A stretch of 64,000 nucleotides of DNA, from IMG/VR virus record IMGVR_UViG_3300011443_000002, positions 3,316 through 67,315 of that record, one strand, 5' to 3'. Under the pieces are notes generated by a model. It made no database searches and was not told the origin of the DNA. It saw nothing but the letters and a program-made list of their open reading frames with translations. Of this stretch, positions 61,427 to 64,000 are shown in pieces (position 1 is the first letter of the stretch; the number at the start of each line of letters is the position of its first letter). The position numbers were made by a program, and so were the translations under genes. This DNA is from a virus.

Positions 61427-62481
61427 CACTTGTCCTTCCGACGAAACAGCCACTCTCGAGCGGCCACAGTCCAATCCGCTTCCTGGACAGCCACAGTGTC
61501 CATGTAAGCGAGAGCAGCAGCCTTGCCTTCGGCCTTGAAGATGAAATGAGCCTGGAGGACTTCCAGACAGTTGTTGAAGAAGGGATCGTTCTTGACGCTG
61601 CCAGGGATGGGCTGAGGTGCTCCGTCTCCGACCATCTGATCAATGTAGTTGACCACGAAGGCAACACACGCGTCAAGCTCCTGAAGACTACGTGTCGGAA
61701 TCGGGAGACTCCTGCACTTGTAGTCATACGGATTGGCGTCGATCATCGGAGGCAGACCGTATTCATCCTCCGAGGCAGAGCCGAAGGCATCCTTCTCGAT
61801 TCGATACATTGGCTCGAGAGTCTTCAGATATCCGTGCCAATTGACAGAGATCTGAGTGTATTTCCCGGCCGACACTCCGATGGCTGCTGCCACGTATTCG
61901 TGCAGCAAACTGAAGTGAACAGCGTTTGCACCGTAGCATCCCCACACGATGTCGTTTGATCGGCAGAAGACCACGAGCTCAAGTTCCTGCCTTGTAGAGA
62001 TCTGGAACGTGGCGATGAGATTGCACGGATGATCCTTGCCTCCACGGCCAAGATCCACTTCGGTGTCCCACATCTGGAGGACACAGCGGCGATCGTTGTG
62101 ATCCTTCTTCAAGGACTCCACGATGATGGACAACTGATCGCCCACGCAAAAGTGCTGACGCCAGCGATGTCCATAGGCTCCATGCAACGTCTTGCCGTCG
62201 TCGCTGAAGTCCTGCATCCGCTTGGCGTATCGCACGAGAGCATCAACGTCGTTGCGACCATTGAGCATCCACAGTGCTTCGTAGAGGTGCAGGAAAGGAT
62301 TGGCGTCTCGCTCAGGCCAGAAGATCACTCGCTCATATGGCCGAATGTAGACGGTGGAGACAGGCTCCGACAGTTGCAGCACTGGTCCGTTGCGACTGTC
62401 TCGAGGAGTCCCCTGCATCCGCAGAAGGCGGACAGCAATCGGGAAGGCTTCGTGGACGTTCCGAGCGGTCAGGACTCTCAT
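61426..62481 (-). CDS. Thymidylate-synthase-family enzyme, probably dUMP hydroxymethylase
   Basis: SRNG, GAYG-RW, PCN catalytic Cys, RSND, YGAN (Asn = dUMP specificity); next to a 5-hmdU-kinase-type gene. Confidence 0.85.
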   Translation of the reverse strand: MRVLTARNVHEAFPIAVRLLRMQGTPRDSRNGPVLQLSEPVSTVYIRPYERVIFWPERDANPFLHLYEALWMLNGRNDVDALVRYAKRMQDFSDDGKTLHGAYGHRWRQHFCVGDQLSIIVESLKKDHNDRRCVLQMWDTEVDLGRGGKDHPCNLIATFQISTRQELELVVFCRSNDIVWGCYGANAVHFSLLHEYVAAAIGVSAGKYTQISVNWHGYLKTLEPMYRIEKDAFGSASEDEYGLPPMIDANPYDYKCRSLPIPTRSLQELDACVAFVVNYIDQMVGDGAPQPIPGSVKNDPFFNNCLEVLQAHFIFKAEGKAAALAYMDTVAVQEADWTVAAREWLFRRKDK

Positions 62482-62798
62482 ATCGTCTTACTTTCTTTCA
62501 GAAGGTTCCGGAGGTGGATGGCAGCAACGATGATCTTCAGCTTGTGATACTCCTCACGTGATGGTGTCGTGGAAAATACGACTCCATTGTCCAGGACTTG
62601 TCCAACAACTTCTGTCATTGGATCGCCCTTGTGATAATGGTAGTCGTAGATATGAACGATGTTGAATTGTTTGCCGTCCTCGTGCGGCTCGAGATAGTGC
62701 TTGTCCACAAGCTCTGTCAGGCGAGTGTTGAAGACCGTGTCAATTCCTTCTTTGTCCAGTGTGACGTGCTGCACAATTCTTACAGACAGGCTGTTCAC
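62478..62798 (-). CDS. Hypothetical protein
   Basis: GTG start; coupled to the TS-family gene. Confidence 0.65.
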   Translation of the reverse strand: MNSLSVRIVQHVTLDKEGIDTVFNTRLTELVDKHYLEPHEDGKQFNIVHIYDYHYHKGDPMTEVVGQVLDNGVVFSTTPSREEYHKLKIIVAAIHLRNLLKESKTI

Positions 62799-62829
62799 GT
62801 CTTACTCTCTTTCTCCAGTAAGATCCTAA

Positions 62830-62858
62830 CCTATACCACAAATCCCCTGTATTTACAA
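62830..62858 (-). promoter_or_regulatory. Candidate promoter TTGTAA-17-(TGG)TATAGG
   Basis: In an AT-rich intergenic gap; 17-bp spacer. Confidence 0.5.
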
Positions 62859-62864
62859 GGGAAT

Positions 62865-63596
62865 TCAGCGGAGTCCCTTGCAGAAGATCAGGCGATCGAA
62901 GAAGGTCTTCGTGTCTTCGCCAGCCGCGATCAGCCGATCATACTCGGGAGGATAACTGACGACTTTGTAACGTGCCTTCAAGAAGTTCAAGCGACGTTCG
63001 AGGTTCTTCATAGAGGCATCACGCGACGTGTGATACTCGATGCAGAGTTTCTCAGCGAGTGGCAGGAGGTCATCGTCCAACAATCCTGCCTCTGCTCCCT
63101 CGATGTCCATCTTGATCCCATCAAATCCCTTGATCGGTTTGATGTAGCTTCCGTGCATGTTCGGCAGCGTGCCACATGGGTGTGCAGGCAATCCCGAGGT
63201 CGGATAGGCTGTCTGCCGATAATGGTCCGTCTCGAGCCGTCCCTTCCAGAAGGGAAGATTGTCCTCGTGCCGATTGGTGACGGCTGTGCGGAAGATGGAG
63301 AAGTGAGGCACGTTCCGCCCAAGCAACTCAAAGCAATCCGGATCAGGTTCGTAACACACAGCCTTCGCCCCACGAAGCATGCAATAGATCGCGAAGGCTC
63401 CGATGTTGGCTCCGAGGTCCAGCCACGTCTCATCGGGCATCACATCGAATCCCATGCGGACGCGTCTGTATCCACGGTTGCAGACGACTTCGTCAAACAC
63501 TCGCTCATCGCTGGTGCCTTTGCGATAGAGCACGACGGCTCCACCAATTCGAGCCTCTCCGTTGATGCTGACGATCTTAGATGCTACGTTGTCCAT
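62865..63596 (-). CDS. FkbM-family SAM methyltransferase
   Basis: LDLGANIGAF, YEP, IKMDIEGAE, EYH. Confidence 0.9.
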   Translation of the reverse strand: MDNVASKIVSINGEARIGGAVVLYRKGTSDERVFDEVVCNRGYRRVRMGFDVMPDETWLDLGANIGAFAIYCMLRGAKAVCYEPDPDCFELLGRNVPHFSIFRTAVTNRHEDNLPFWKGRLETDHYRQTAYPTSGLPAHPCGTLPNMHGSYIKPIKGFDGIKMDIEGAEAGLLDDDLLPLAEKLCIEYHTSRDASMKNLERRLNFLKARYKVVSYPPEYDRLIAAGEDTKTFFDRLIFCKGLR

Positions 63597-64000
63597 CACA
63601 GTCCTCCGTCGTATTTCTGTTTGATCCGCTCGCCTTCTTTCACGCGGCAGTATTTGTCATACTCACATGCCCAATGTTCCACCTCTCGCATTTCCCACGA
63701 TCGCCACGTCTCAGGCCAATACTCCTGATCGTTCGTCATCTCGAGGATCTCTCGCATCACGCTGAACATCAGCTTGCGATCGAGGACATACATCCTGTTG
63801 AGGACTCCCGGATGACCGTGCAGCACTCGGCTGATGCCTTTGGTGCAGCCAGGACCAGGATTCGCCCACGTCATGATGTCCGACGCTTCCGACAGCACTG
63901 GCGTCCATCGAAGATCCGAGACGACTTCATAGGACATGAACGGACCCAGGAAAGGGATCGCTGTAAGGGCTGTCCATGCCTGCTCCAGACTATACCACTC
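63596..64000 (-). CDS. aGPT-Pplase1-type / 5-hmdU DNA kinase-associated helical protein (partial, N-terminus outside window)
   Basis: Frame open to the edge: LGPFMSYEVVSDLRWT...WANPGPG...EH-ACEYDKY-RV, recalled as the HhH-fold hypermodification family. Confidence 0.75.
   Translation of the reverse strand, partial: EWYSLEQAWTALTAIPFLGPFMSYEVVSDLRWTPVLSEASDIMTWANPGPGCTKGISRVLHGHPGVLNRMYVLDRKLMFSVMREILEMTNDQEYWPETWRSWEMREVEHWACEYDKYCRVKEGERIKQKYDGGL

Noticed and set aside
1-64000. Genome-wide TAG reassignment (code 15)
   Set aside because: Genes are intact under code 11, and several end at TAG with a coupled or adjacent downstream gene (14605, 33842, 37775, 43286).
1-64000. Temperate lifestyle, shufflon, DGR or retron
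   Set aside because: No integrase, recombinase, repressor pair or reverse transcriptase recognised; such genes could lie outside the window.
1-64000. Specific host assignment (e.g. Acidobacteria)
   Set aside because: Only indirect hints (GC content, leaderless mRNAs, lipoprotein, secreted-domain style); needs spacer or homology evidence.

Overview
Most of a tailed dsDNA phage genome (siphovirus layout; appears lytic, with no integrase, repressor or cas genes seen), roughly 57% GC by eye. There are three transcription blocks. Minus strand 1-8198 carries the N-terminus of a family A DNA polymerase and small early genes. Plus strand ~9013-50861 carries a primase-polymerase/VirE helicase, middle genes, terminase, head, tail and lysis genes, and two glycosylation cassettes. 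Minus strand 50813-64000 carries UvrD and SNF2 helicases, an SSB-like protein, a DnaQ exonuclease, a cold-shock protein and a thymine-hypermodification cluster. Both window ends cut genes. Main observations: (1) a probable phage-encoded virion O-glycosylation system, with six glycosyltransferase domains, two methyltransferase domains and a radical SAM enzyme in the late operon, plus Ser/Pro mucin-like tracts sharing one motif in two putative virion proteins; (2) a 15-copy pseudo-palindrome array GTGTCGG-N4-ACGACTG with exact 23-bp phasing and CG-bounded micro-inversions, between divergent promoters and separate from a second GTAACC iteron cluster; (3) three well-supported and one tentative -1 ribosomal frameshift sites, two of which join ORFs the ORF track shows as separate; (4) a D-armless tRNA-like element between terS and terL; (5) a family of promoters that appear to drive leaderless mRNAs. 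Family assignments come from motifs recognised by eye; no database search was run.
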